The notes under the pieces: model-generated
Databases searched by the model: none
What the model was told of the DNA's origin: nothing
What the model saw: the letters and a program-made list of their open reading frames with translations, nothing else
Shown here: piece after piece, positions 1 to 12,417 of the stretch
Layout of the letters: each line of letters opens with the position of its first letter
Position numbering within the stretch: position 1 is the stretch's first letter
Origin: the human T2T-CHM13v2.0 reference genome, Homo sapiens
Direction: 5' to 3' (one strand)
Assembly (NCBI RefSeq): GCF_009914755.1
Contig: NC_060940.1
DNA: 64,000 nucleotides
Translations under genes and position numbers: made by a program

Positions 1-854
1 CCCAGAGCCTAGCTCCAGTGAAGTACTGGATGTAGCACTTCATAATTATTTTTTGTATAGTTCATGAAGTCCCATTCTGAGTCAAGCAATCAGTTAGAAA
101 CCAGATATCCAGCAATAATGACAGATAAGTAAGCCGACTCTCTCTCTTTCTCTCTGTTTTCACAAAGGCATAATTTAAGTCTTTTGGGAATGTATATACA
201 AAATGGCTAACTCATTCTAGGGAGGTGGACTTCTGTTTTTTCCAACCTAGAAAAATATATATTCTAAGAAGCACAGCTTTATAACTTTGAGGGTGGTACT
301 CAGCTTTCAAGCTTCTCATTCAAATGCTAGCTCATTAATCAATCACTCTTGTCTTGATCTCCAAAGTCAAAGTAACTTCATCTTCCTGATTCCACATTGC
401 TGTGCCTACACTTATCTTCTAGCAATGAAAGTATTTTTTCCACCATAGATTCTGAGTAATTTTTTCTTTCCTGAGCAGTAACCAAAGATTTGTGCTTTGG
501 ATTTATTCAACTCCACCTTAAAAAGTGCATTATGAATTACAAATAGCAGGTCTTCAACAAATATTTGTTGAATGTGTGGATAAACAACATCAGGTATTGC
601 TATGGTGTCAGTTTTGGATGATATGTTTTTAAGTTATAAGGATCACAGAATCAGTTCCAGTTGGGGCTACAAATGGTTTTTATTAAAATTTAATTAAATC
701 ATTTTCAGTTGATAACCAAGTCCTAAAAAGGATACATGACTGGACTAAGGTCAAACAGCTAATATATTTGTTGTGCAAGGACCTAAATTTAGCTCACCTG
801 TCAGTGTTTGGATATCTTATTGTACCATATAATTACACACTGCAGTATAGCAAC

Positions 855-1205
855 TGTCTTAGTCCATTTTACACTGCCACAACACAATACTGCAGGCTGT
901 GTAATTTATAATGAGCAGTAATTTATTTGCTTGCAGTTCTGGAGGCTGGGAAGTCCAAGACCCGAGGGACCTACACCTGGCAAGAGCCTTCTTGTTGCAT
1001 CATTTCATAGTGGAAGATGGAAGGGCAAGAAAGAGAAGGTAAAAGGGGGCTTAACTCACCCTTTTAGGGCAGCACCAATCTCACCCATGAGGGTGAAGCC
1101 TTCATGACCTAGTTACCTTTTAAGGTTCCTACCCCTTAATACTATTGCAATGGGAATTAAATTTCAACATGAGTGTTAGAAGGGATAAACATTCAAACCA
1201 CAGCA
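855..1205 (-). mobile_element. ERVL-MaLR solo LTR (MST/MLT1A group, MSTD-like)
   Basis: Begins TGTCTTAGTCCATTTT and ends ATTCAAACCACAGCA; contains GCAGTTCTGGAGGCTGGGAAGTCCAAGA; near-identical 5-bp flanks GCAAC/GCTAC. Confidence 0.85.
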
Positions 1206-1629
1206 GCTACCTCCTCATTTTCTGATCCAAGACATACTATGCCTTCATCATAATAAAGGTAATTCTCAAAATAATTTTCCAGGAGTTTGTGACAACCATC
1301 AAAGCAAGAAACAGACTTCCAGATAAACATTTCTGAAAGAAATTTCACTTTTTTTTGGTGGTGGTTGGGGGGACTCCATATGCTATTCTGTTGGCTGTGC
1401 ATGATTTCACCCATTTTAGGAGGCTGCTCACCGTGTTAAGTAGCGAATATGTGGGAGACTGGAAACATTGTTACAATTATAATGTTTACAGCAGCCCTCT
1501 GCTGACTACATAAACATGGGCTGCCCATTAGTCCAGCAAAATTTTCAACATTAAACATGCAAAGACTGCAGGAAGCCCTCAATCATAGTTGGAAAGATCA
1601 TTTATCACTCAATTGTAATAGCTTTAGTT

Positions 1630-1755
1630 CTTAGTATTGTAGGCAGGACAATGAATTGGCTGTAGAATCAAAGAGCTAAGTTGGAAACTCTCCTCTGTAG
1701 TAGCTCACTAACTAGCTATGTAAACTTGAAAAAGTTACTTCTTAAGTCTTTGTTA
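1630..1755 (+). mobile_element. MIR SINE fragment
   Basis: Degenerate MIR core (CACTAACTAGCTATGTAAACTTGAAAAAGTTACTT). Confidence 0.55.
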
Positions 1756-2029
1756 CTTTATAGATGTCCTTATTTTCACTGGGTTCTTGCAAATGTATTG
1801 CTGTATTTTATTTTTCTACCATCCTTATACCATCTCTGAACCTCTGTGAACTTCTTTGATGTTTATTATCCATATGGATTTTCCATTATGTACAATCTTG
1901 TTTTCCCTTTACTAGATTACAGATTTTTTTACATAAGCACACATACACTTATGCAACCACCTTCATCCATTATCTAGTACAGGCATCAAATATAAACAAA
2001 GCCAGACACTAAAGGACAGATTTTAATCA

Positions 2030-2421
<392 letters not shown>

Positions 2422-2496
2422 GAAACAATGAGGAAATAGGGAGGAAGTGAGCAGGGGCTCAGTAGACTCAGGGAAGTGAAAAGCTATAAAAAGCAG

Positions 2497-3872
2497 TGAG
2501 AGGTGACACCTGCTGGCAGCCCTCGCACGCTCTGGGCGCCTCCTCGGCCTTGGCGCCCACTCTGGTCGCGCTTGAGGAGCCCTTCAGCCCGCCGCTGCAC
2601 TGTGGTAGCCCCTTTCTGGGCTGGCCAAGGCCGGAGCCGGCTCCCTCAGCTTGCGGGGAGGTGTGGAGGGAGAGACGCGGGAACCGGGGCTGCGCGCGGC
2701 GCTTGCTGGCCAGCGCAAGTTCCGGGTGGGCGTGGGCTTGGCGGGTCCCGCACTCGGAGCCGCCAGCCCGCCCCGCCAGCCCCGGGCCTTGAGGGGCTTA
2801 GCACCTGGGCCAGCAGCTGCTGTGCTTGATTTCTCGCCGGGCCTTAGCTGCCTCCCCGCGGGGCAGGGCTCGGGACCTGCAGCCCACCATGCCTGAGTCT
2901 CCCCCCCCACACCCCCGCCCTCCGCTGAGGGCTCCTGCGCGGCCTGAGCCTCCCTGACGAGCGCAGCCCCTGCTCCACGGTGCCGGGTCCCATCGACCGC
3001 CCAAGGGCTGAGGAGTGCCAGAGCACCGCGTGGGACTGGCAGGCAGCTCCACCTGTGGCCCCGGTGGAGTGAAACCACTGAGTGAAACCACCTGGGCTCC
3101 TGAATCTGGTGGGGACTTGGAGAATCTTTATGTCTAGCTAACAGATTGTAAATACACCAATCAGCATTCTGTATCTAGCTCAGGGTTTGTAAACACACCA
3201 ATCAGCACCCTGTGTCTAGCTCAGGGTTTGTGAAGGCACCAATTAACACTCTGTATCTAGCTAATCTAGTGGGGAGGTGGAGAACTTTTGTGTCTAGCTC
3301 AGGGATTGTAAACGCACCAATCAGCACCCTGTCAAAACGGACCAATCAGCTCTCTGTAAAACAGACCAATTGGCTCTCCGTAAAATGGACCAATCAGCAG
3401 GATGTGGGTGGGGCCAGATAAGAGAATAAAAGCAGGCTGCCTTGAGCCAGTAGTAACAACTGGCTCTGGTTTCTTCCTGCTTTGTAGCAGGTATGTTCTT
3501 TTGCTCTTTACAATATATTTTTCTGCTGTTCACTCTTTGGGTCTGTGGTGCATTTATGAGCTGTAACACTCACCGCGAAGGTCTGTAGCTTCACTTATGA
3601 AACCAGGGAGACCATGAGCCCACTGGGAGGAAAGAACAACTCCAGACACTCTGCCTTAAGAGCTGTAACACTCACTGTGAAGGGTTGTAGCTTCACTCCT
3701 CAGCCAGTGACACCACGAACCCACCAGAAGGAAGAAATGCCGAACACATCCGAACATCAGAAGGAACAAACTCCAGACACGTCGCCTTTAAAGAACTGTG
3801 ACACTCACCGTGAGGGTCCGCGGCTTCATTCTTGAAGTCAGTGAGACCAAGAACTTACCAATTCCGGACGCA
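2497..3872 (+). mobile_element. LTR12C-type (ERV9/HERV9) solo LTR
   Basis: Starts TGAGAGGTGACA and ends CCAATTCCGGACGCA; 4-bp TSD GCAG (2493-2496, 3873-3876); CpG-rich U3, CCAAT tandem units, U5 TGTAACACTCAC repeats. Confidence 0.95.
3130..3435 (+). promoter_or_regulatory. LTR12 U3 enhancer/promoter: seven CCAAT (NF-Y-type) boxes and AATAAAA TATA-like box
   Basis: CCAAT seen seven times in ~40-bp TCTAGCT/CACCAATCAGCA units and proximal repeats; AGAATAAAAGC at ~3423-3433. ERV9 LTR promoter activity is established, but activity of this copy is unknown. Confidence 0.65.
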
Positions 3873-6699
3873 GCAGGACGGGGACATAGTCCACGTGAAA
3901 CCCATCTGGTTTTACTAATTGGCTCTTATTGATGGTAGGCCCTTCCCACACCTACAGAGACTGGGAATCAGAGACTCCATTGTTAGGTGCCCGGTTGTGC
4001 GAACAGTAAATTATTTTGGCAGAGTTGAGTTTTCCCAGGCAGGCACTTTGAAAGAAATTAAGTTAATCTTAAGGAGGTGGCCTCATTGAGCTACTATGAA
4101 CTATATTAGTGTGTTTTTGAAGTCTTTATAAGTCAAAGTTGAAGCTTAGATGAGAAAAAGCTCAGATAAACCTGGTTAGAGTTTGGTCAATAAGAGGGTC
4201 TTTATTGCATGGCTTTTCAACCTCAACACTATTGATATTCTGGGCTGGATACTTCTTTGTTGTGGAATGGGGCTCTGTCCTGTACACTGCAGAATGCTTA
4301 GCAGTATCCCAGACTCTTAACTAAATGCTAGTAGCAGCCCCTTTTATTTCCCCAGTTTAACAACCAAAAATGACTCCAGACTTTGTAGAATGTCCCCTGG
4401 GGTCAAAATTGCTTCCAGTTGAGAAGCAGGGATCTAGTACACTGCTGTTCATAGTGTAAAACACACCAGTTCCGAGTTGGAAAAGTGTCTATTGGATGCT
4501 CTGCCCAGAACTTTGTGTAGCTCCAATTGGCTTCATCCTCTTTACTCCCTAAAAATGCTCCCATCCATTCATTTCTGATTCCTACTAGTAGGACAATTAT
4601 CTATCAATCTAGGCAGAAACTTCAGATACGTCCATGACTATATTTTTACTACTTTCTTATGTACGCTAATGACAACTCTCAAATCAGTCTCCTACTTCCT
4701 TCCTACCCTTGCTCCTTCTTTTTTCAACGAATATTTAGAAAAGGAAGGTAATATTTAACATATATTTCCTTTGTCCTTGCATAACTACCCATTAAGCAAA
4801 ATTATGTCTTAAAACATAAAACTAAGAACTAAGAATTAAAATTTAGATATTTAAAATGTGTAATAAGATTAAACCAAAGATTCCTTCTTGTCTCAGCTGT
4901 AATCTATCACTAGAATTCAATACCGTGCCTCATCATACTGAGTCATTGCACTAATATCGCTTTAAGACATCCAAAAGCAGTGTCATTGATACACCTGGGT
5001 CAGCTCCATTAACTTTATGACACAGATTTGGCTACTTTGGTGATTTGACAAAGATGGTGACATTTGCTCGGAATGACATCAATATATAGCAACTTTGTGA
5101 TTGAGATTGGTCAATCTGCTTAAATGTGGTATAGTTAAAATTCATTAATCAGCATAGGTGATTTCTGTGAGTCAGTATGAAAGATTCTGTGTGTATGAGA
5201 GAGAACAGAGATCATTATTTAAACAATATTGTCACATTTTCATGTTATTTTTTCTGAATGAAAGGCCTCCATTGCTTTTGAACTCAACCATTTTACTTTT
5301 TCTGTATCAAAATAAAACTGCCTTTCAGGAAAGAAATTAAAGCTCATCACAGATGGTGGCCGTCTCATTCAGTCATCTTGTTCATTTCAAGTAAATCCCT
5401 ATTCCTTTCTTCTGGAAAATTTCTAATCCTTGGAAAATCAACTCTATCAGACATTCCTTCCCCCTCCCATGCCAGAGGTATTGAAAGATAAAAGTAGAAT
5501 TGATGACCTTGAAATATGAGAAGAACATTATCCAGTCACCATTGTAGGGTACAGAACCTTCACTTCCTTAGAACAGGTGGTAAAACAATTACAGATGTGC
5601 AGCTGTTCTATGCCATCAAATTCTCCCTGGAAAAGCTGGAGGTGATTGTTATGTAAAAAATGTGTTTTATCTTCACAGAATATATTTAATAAAACTGTGA
5701 GGTATGTAAATTTGCCAGCCAGAGGTAGAGGCATTTTAAAATTGGACTAGAGTTTTGTTTATATTAAGAAATTACACTTATTGTGTAAATCATAAATTAG
5801 CATAATAGAAACATCTCTGTAATAAAAAGCTGCCATTCTATTACCACATAGCTTTATTTCTATGAGACTTTATTAGCATTGAATATCAAGCAGGCCAGGA
5901 GATGTAATATATTGCCTGATGTGGTATTGTGGAATGGAAAACATACTCCATGAATATGCAAACTCTATTTCCATACATAAAAATAGTTCTATAAATATGT
6001 TATTGTGTTATTGGACATATTTATAGAACAATAACACAAACATGGTGGCTGTCATTTTTCTTAGCATACCTCATACTGCATATATCTGTAATTATAATGC
6101 ATTCAAAATATATCTTTGCTATTTAGGACGTGAAATGATAAATGTATGCAGGGTCCTACCATAGGCATAGCAATAAAAAAGATGTCATGGAAAAGGGTGG
6201 TGGGAAGAATGGGAGGAAAAACAATCTGGGAAAGGGAAAGCAGGAAACAAAAGGAGAAAGTAAAACGTTATTGGTTGTTCACTTCTTTGAAGCCTAAATA
6301 TTACTCCTGAGGTTGGTGTATGATGGTCGTTGCAAAAATAAAAAGAGACCTTAATAAATGAATGGAAACTCTCCCGATGTCACTCAGTAAGCTTGAGTTT
6401 GAATTCAGTCCCTCTGATTATGATCCCCTTGTCCATTTCTTATTTTAGCTTCTTGGAGAAGAAATGGGAGGGAGAGGGCAGGGAAACTGGATGAACACAC
6501 TTGGTAGCCAGCACTCTCAGCTTCCACCAGAGGCTCCCACTGGCGTCTAGTTTATGCATGAGAATTCTGCATACTTTTATGTTTGTAGAGGAATTTGGAA
6601 ACAATTGCACTAATTTGTCCAAGCATCCTGTTTTCTATGAGTTTGTATTCTCATCCGTATGGCAAAACCCTCTATTCAAAAACACTAAAAAATGGCAAA

Positions 6700-6860
6700 T
6701 ATTTCAGTATGAGTGAAATAAGATCCTTGTGTAGCTGGAAGATGTTGGTGAGGTTGCTTGATAAAGACGGAAGGAAGTGAGACTTGACTTAGGTCCTGAA
6801 ACATGGGCAATGGTTGGTGATAGGAGGGGAGAGAGAAGGGATTATAGATGAGGGAGAGTC
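6700..6860 (-). mobile_element. L2 LINE fragment
   Basis: Purine-rich L2-like tract (GAAGTGAGACTTGACTTAGGTCCTGAAACATGGGC...GAAGGGATTATAGATGAGGG). Confidence 0.45.
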
Positions 6861-7364
6861 TCTCTAGTTCTAGGAACCCAGATTTTATCACTCAATAGCA
6901 CTTCCTGTAAGTTTCACTGGGAAAGGTTTCTCTCTTGAACAGAGAGAATAGAGATGGGAATTAGCAGTGTTTATGTAGCAATTGAGAGAAAAGCTTGATT
7001 AAGGAGGGAATGTTAAGAAATAGTGAACAACCAAATTGCCTCTATATAAAATATTTGGAGCAGACCATCCAGGGTCATCCACTATTGAGAACGCATCTGG
7101 AAAAAAAAAAGGGCCCAGTGCTTTACAAGAAAGCCACTTTGAATTGTTAAAATAAGTATATTAACACAATTTGATTTGATGAGCACTTTGTGTTATGAAA
7201 GGCTTTCTTACATGTAGACAAAGTAAGTCGAGGGCCCATCATCTCCATAGAGGCTCTTGGATAACGCTCTCTATAAGTCCAGCCCCAGTTTCCAAAGTTT
7301 TCACCATACCAATGCTGTCCTTCTCTGATTTCACCCTCATTTGGGTCACACTTTTCTGTTGGTG

Positions 7365-7598
7365 TAATACAGGGGTGAACAGCACAGACACTGGGGTTAA
7401 ACTTTCTGAGCATAAATTTCAGCTTGGATACTAATAGTGTGACTTTGGGCACTTATTGAATCATGTGTGTCTCCCTTTCCTCATATGGATGTAAAGATAA
7501 TCACAGGTCAACAGACAGCGTTGAGGGCTAAGTGAGACAGCACAGGTAAGTGTTGACCCCAGGCCGTCCACAGCACAAATACTTGTTGAATATGAGTT
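7365..7598 (+). mobile_element. MIR SINE
   Basis: TAGTGTGACTTTGGGCACTTATTGAA...CTCCCTTTCCTCATATGG core and MIR-like 3' end. Confidence 0.65.
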
Positions 7599-8139
7599 GT
7601 TTCCTTTAAAACTGGCACAAGCATTTTTACATTATATAGTATTTAAACTCAGTTTTTGTTTCCTGTTATATCATAAACTTTTTACAGAGCTTATTGACAC
7701 AGTATTTTTCTTTCCCTTCAATTTTCCACGGACTAAAAGGGAGGAAGAAGAGCTTTCTCTGGAAATGAAATCAAGCAGCTTTCCTTGTATTGAAAGGTAA
7801 ATTGCCTTTTCAGCCTCATCATGTTATACCGCTCAATATAGGAAATTAGAGAGTTAATGAGATGCCACAAGCTTCCATATTCTCTCCCACTGCACAGAAA
7901 GCTGTGTCTTCTCTGCCAATCAGGTAATTTTAATTTATTGGCATTTGGGATTCAGCAAGATACAAAAAGTAACTCTGCATGCCAACTCTACCAAAATTTC
8001 TAAAAGAAGTTAGTAGGAGTACTCATATATATGGCTTTCTTTTTTTTTTTTTGCCTAGGGCCATGTATGACTGCTAGTTTTATTAGGACTCTCTGGAACT
8101 TCAATCGTTGAAGATTAATTACACCCACCCAGTTTAAAA

Positions 8140-8395
8140 GGCAGGGTAGTGATATGATTAAGAGATGGGTACTGGAATTGTACTTTAAAGGTTCACGTTT
8201 TGGTGACTACCCTCACTAATGTGTGACATGAACATTATGAGCCCACAATTTTCTTATCTGGGAATTTTGAAAGTATCTAAAATTTGAGGGCTGACAAAAG
8301 ATTAACACAGCACAAAAATGGGTCTACTCTGATGTCTGGCACATATACACACACATTCATACATATACATAAGTCATTTAGTAGATGTAATTGTT
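8140..8395 (+). mobile_element. MIR SINE
   Basis: CACTAATGTGTGACATG...GAGCCCACAATTTTCTTATCTG...GTCTGGCACATA. Confidence 0.55.
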
Positions 8396-8544
8396 ACTGC
8401 TAAAGCCATATTCTAGGCACTGTGAGCTAGGCAGAGAGCTTGGGTTCCAGGAAGACAAAAGTTGTATAAAAAGTCACAATGAGATGGGTGAGAGGCAGGT
8501 TATATACATTTTGCTAAGAGCGTAGAAGAGAAGAACAGGCAAAA

Positions 8545-8741
8545 AACATCTATTAACAGAAGCCCTCACATGTACTAGGCACTGCACAACCCCTTATAAA
8601 GTTGGTATTGTTATTGCTTTTGTGCAGGTGAGCAAACTGAAGCTCTAAGAGATAAAAGTTACTTTTCTGAACTCCACACCTCAAAAATAAGCCAAAATTC
8701 ATTTAGCCACGGAATCCATGCTTTTCATACTTCACCATACT
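8545..8741 (-). mobile_element. MIR SINE
   Basis: TTTTGTGCAGGTGAGCAAACTGAAGCTCTAAGAG reverse core. Confidence 0.6.
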
Positions 8742-11189
8742 TTATTTATTTATTCTTGGTAGAGGGGTTAGTCAAAGCTTCACAGCCCTACAGAAAGTAT
8801 CTTTTGAATGTAGCTTGCGTGGTCATTACATTGCCAAAAGAGAGGAAACAGGGCTGAATTTCCAAATTGTATATTTGTACGTTTACATACGCCACTTTAA
8901 AAGGAAATCCATTTGTCTATCAAGAGATACTTCGATTGCTTCCATATCTTGACCTCCTTTTTTTTCTGATAATGTTATGTTATTGTTTGGAATCTCAAAT
9001 TATCTCTTTCCTTGTAGGGCTTATAAATTGTTTATTGAGAGAATGCATGAGAGGAGGTCATGGCTCCAGTAGAAAGACAGAAATCCTGGTGAAATTAGTT
9101 TTGAGAGTGAGCTTTCAAAGCAATGGTGATTTTTAGAATGTTCAAGAGACAATGAATGCAGAGAACAAGAAAATAAACCGGTGACATTTATTCCTTTATG
9201 TTTGATTCAGCAAGTATGTCTGAAATATCTGCTCTGAATCAAGCACTCTTTTAAAATTTTAAGTTGTATAAACTAATGATCAATGGAGGAAATGTAATGA
9301 AATGAAAGAAAAGATTGGAGCAGAAATGAGGAGGGAAGACAGAGAAGAATGCATACACAGGAAAGATATAAAGATGGGTGAACGTTGAGAATGTTGAATG
9401 TTGAGAGAAAGTAGAGTGTTAAATATTGGATGTGTCATAACATGAAGACGCAAAAGGCCAGAATTCCAGCATTAATCTTGTAAGAGCTAGCTCTGTGATT
9501 TCAAGTGGTACAGAGAGTGTCAATCAATTTTGTGTTTTGTTCATTGTCACCTCCAAACAGATATATTTTATCTGGAATAGAAGTGTAGCCCAGTGGGTCA
9601 AGGGATTTGGGTTTTATTTTCTTAAGCTTTTACTTGTATAGGTGAGTTTTGCAAACTTGTGCACTTTAATCACATATAATGCGAGTAGAAATGTGCCTGA
9701 ATTTTCAAGGCTGAACAGCTGGGACATTTGGACTTCTCATACCAAGGGTGACATTCCTCATTTCCCAGGGTGCGTGATGCTGTCCCGAATCTCACGGGAC
9801 AGTGACATTCCTGAGTGTGCCCAGAAACATGAAAAATACACCTTCCTAAGGGACAAAATGCTTTTAGTACTGTCGCTCTGAGGAGGAGGCTGCCCTCTCA
9901 CTGAGTGAATGAACATGGTATGCTGCCTGATTCACTTATGACAAAAACAGCCATTTAATTCATATTCAGTTAACCATTAGCTTCAATAATAGTGATGGCA
10001 CTGACTTTGCAGCATGACTAGCACTGACAATACCTAAAATGGAGCTCTGTAAATATCACTGCTGGGAGATTCCTCCCACAGCTGTTGGGTCCTACTGGAG
10101 ATGTCTGTTTCCTCAAGGGAGAGCTTCCTGTCTGACAGTTGTACAATGCTTCTATGTTTGGAGAACAGAGACAGGATTTCCTTAGGAAATTGCAATAGAA
10201 ATCATTGTAGTTCTCTGGCAGTGGTATAAAATGTATAGACACTTATAATTTCACATTCAAATTTGAAAGTGAAAGGCACTCTCTCTCTCTCTCTCTTTGA
10301 AATCCATTATTTCAGTGGGAGCTCTCCCAAGTAAATAACAAATGTTATTTTTCTATAAATAGATAGCATTCAAACACTTGGCTTAAATACCACAAGGTTC
10401 TGTACTCTATCCTTTGGGACAACCAAAGTCAGGTTATGTATCTTCCATCTTTATGCAGCATCTTCTCTGAATTGTACTTTATTAATTTCTACAGGCTTGT
10501 GGTTACTTTAGTAAACTTTGTAATCATCTCTCCTTGATATAATTTAATAAAAAGCACTATTGTATTTATGGAAACAAACTCATTTATTTTCCAGTGATCT
10601 CGATACTGAGATCTACTAAAGTGACCTCAGTGTGGCCATTCAAAATAGGAAGATATATCTGTAAGATTGTTAATGTTACTTTTATTTTAGATGGAACACT
10701 GCCTGATAAGGCAAGGCATTACATGCATGTTGCATACATACATACATATTACCTACATGTTAAGCAGAGCTGTTGTAGGTAGAGATTCTGAGTGACGATC
10801 AGAAAGTAGGATTATACACTACAAAATACAGAAAACCTCTTTTTTTCTTAATGGCACAAGCAGAATTTGGTGCAAAATGCATCATTTTTCTCAGTTGTCC
10901 TTGTATATTTCTAGATGGCTTTGTGAACATACTTTCAGTAGTGTCTGACCAATCCAAAATCTAGGGCTATTTTTGTTCTCTAGGACCTGCTCACTTTAAC
11001 TTGTTTGACTGAGTAGTGAGTGTCCTGACATGGAAGATTTGTATTGGGTCTGTGCCTGACCCCTGACCACAGCACCCTGGAGTGTACTGGACATTGACTC
11101 ATCATGTTTTGGACTTTGGAATTAAGACATGGGGACAGTTGAACTAGTCTTTGGAGTGTGTAGATTGTCATGACCGTAAAATATCAAAA

Positions 11190-11786
11190 TCCCTGCTTCT
11201 TTAATAAAATGGGTCTTTCAGGTATGACTTGAGAAACTTTATATGCAGTTGGTCTTTCTGAAAAGTTGTATGAGACATCGCCTTAGAACTTTCTAAGGTC
11301 TTAACAATTCTAGGTATATTTTCGTCCTGGAATTGATCTTGGTCCAGAGTATGTTTCTTATTTTGAGAATCCGTTAAAATTTGAAAAGGCCATTCTAGGA
11401 ACTTCAAATATCCTTCAAAATATACTTGAACATTAAATAGTTTATTCTTTAGTCCATCTCTGCCTTGGCTTATTTTATTACAGACAAAGGCAGATGGCAC
11501 GTGCCTATATTCCATCTGGAGCTATTCTTCAGTAACTCCTCAAGTTCATTACATACATTTTATACTTCCCATATCACTTGAGGTAACATTTTTGTCTGAA
11601 TTTTCTGTAACTTTACAAATTCTCTTTATTTTCTAGATCTTTTTATAGTATTTTCTTCTCAGTCTTGTAAGCCTTGATCTAACAAAGTTCTTCTGGCTTT
11701 TACCAAAGATCTCTTCAAGGCTTCGCATGTATCTGCTTGATACCAAAGCCAATGCCACATGTCCTAAGTTTTGATTATATACAGCA
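11190..11786 (-). mobile_element. MaLR (MLT1) internal-region remnant
   Basis: Ends in CCAAAGCCAATGCCACATGTCCTAAGTTTTG, typical of the MLT1 internal leader, next to the LTR below; left boundary uncertain. Confidence 0.55.
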
Positions 11787-11869
11787 TGGTATAGCATATT
11801 ATAATATAGTACTCCAGATATATGCAATACACTATAGTATAGCACTGTATTTATGAATTCTAAATTTCC

Positions 11870-12417
11870 ATTTGCTTGTTATTACTGGTGAACAAACTAT
11901 CCCAGTAGTGAGTGGCATGAAGCAACCACTTTACTATGCTCATGGAGTCTGTGAATCTGAAAAATTGACTAGGTACAACATGGGTGGCTTGTTTCTGCTT
12001 CATGATGTCAGGGGCCCTAGTTGGTCAGACTTAATGGTTGAGGGCTAGCAATATTCAAGGCATCTTGATTCACATGTTTGGATGTTGACTAGGCTCTCAG
12101 CTGAGTTTTTAATAAGAGCATGCACAAACGGTCTCTCCATGTAACATGGAGACCTCAGGAAAGTTGGACTCCTTAGTTTTAAAAGCAAGGTTTTTTGTTT
12201 AGAATTCCATTGACTTGTATAACATAGACATTGAAGTTACATAATGTCATTTCCATTGTACTCTATTGGCCACAGCTGTTACAAACCCAATCAGATCTAA
12301 GAAAAAATGTTATATTCCCAATCATTAAATTGGAAGAGTATCAAGGCAACATGGTAAAACAAGTGAGATGGGAAATGTTGTTTTATCTATCTTTGGAAGA
12401 TAAAACATTAACTAACA
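11870..12417 (-). mobile_element. MLT1G/H-type MaLR LTR
   Basis: AACAAACTATCCCAG..AGTGGCATGAAGCAACCACTTTACTATGCTCATGGAGTCTGTG ... GAGATGGGAAATGTTG..ATCTTTGGAAGATAAAAC. Confidence 0.7.

Noticed and set aside
3130-3400. Regularly spaced short repeats resembling a CRISPR array
   Set aside because: Known ERV9 U3 tandem units without unique spacers; eukaryotic DNA
2496-3835. Cluster of overlapping ORFs up to 164 aa
   Set aside because: Essentially confined to the GC-rich LTR12C, where stops are rare; no recognisable protein
11281-11298. 8-bp hairpin CCTTAGAA-CT-TTCTAAGG (similar 9-bp one at 12134-12152)
   Set aside because: Short enough to occur by chance in 64 kb
11201-11515. 104-aa minus-strand ORF
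   Set aside because: Appears to lie in a MaLR internal remnant; no recognisable domain
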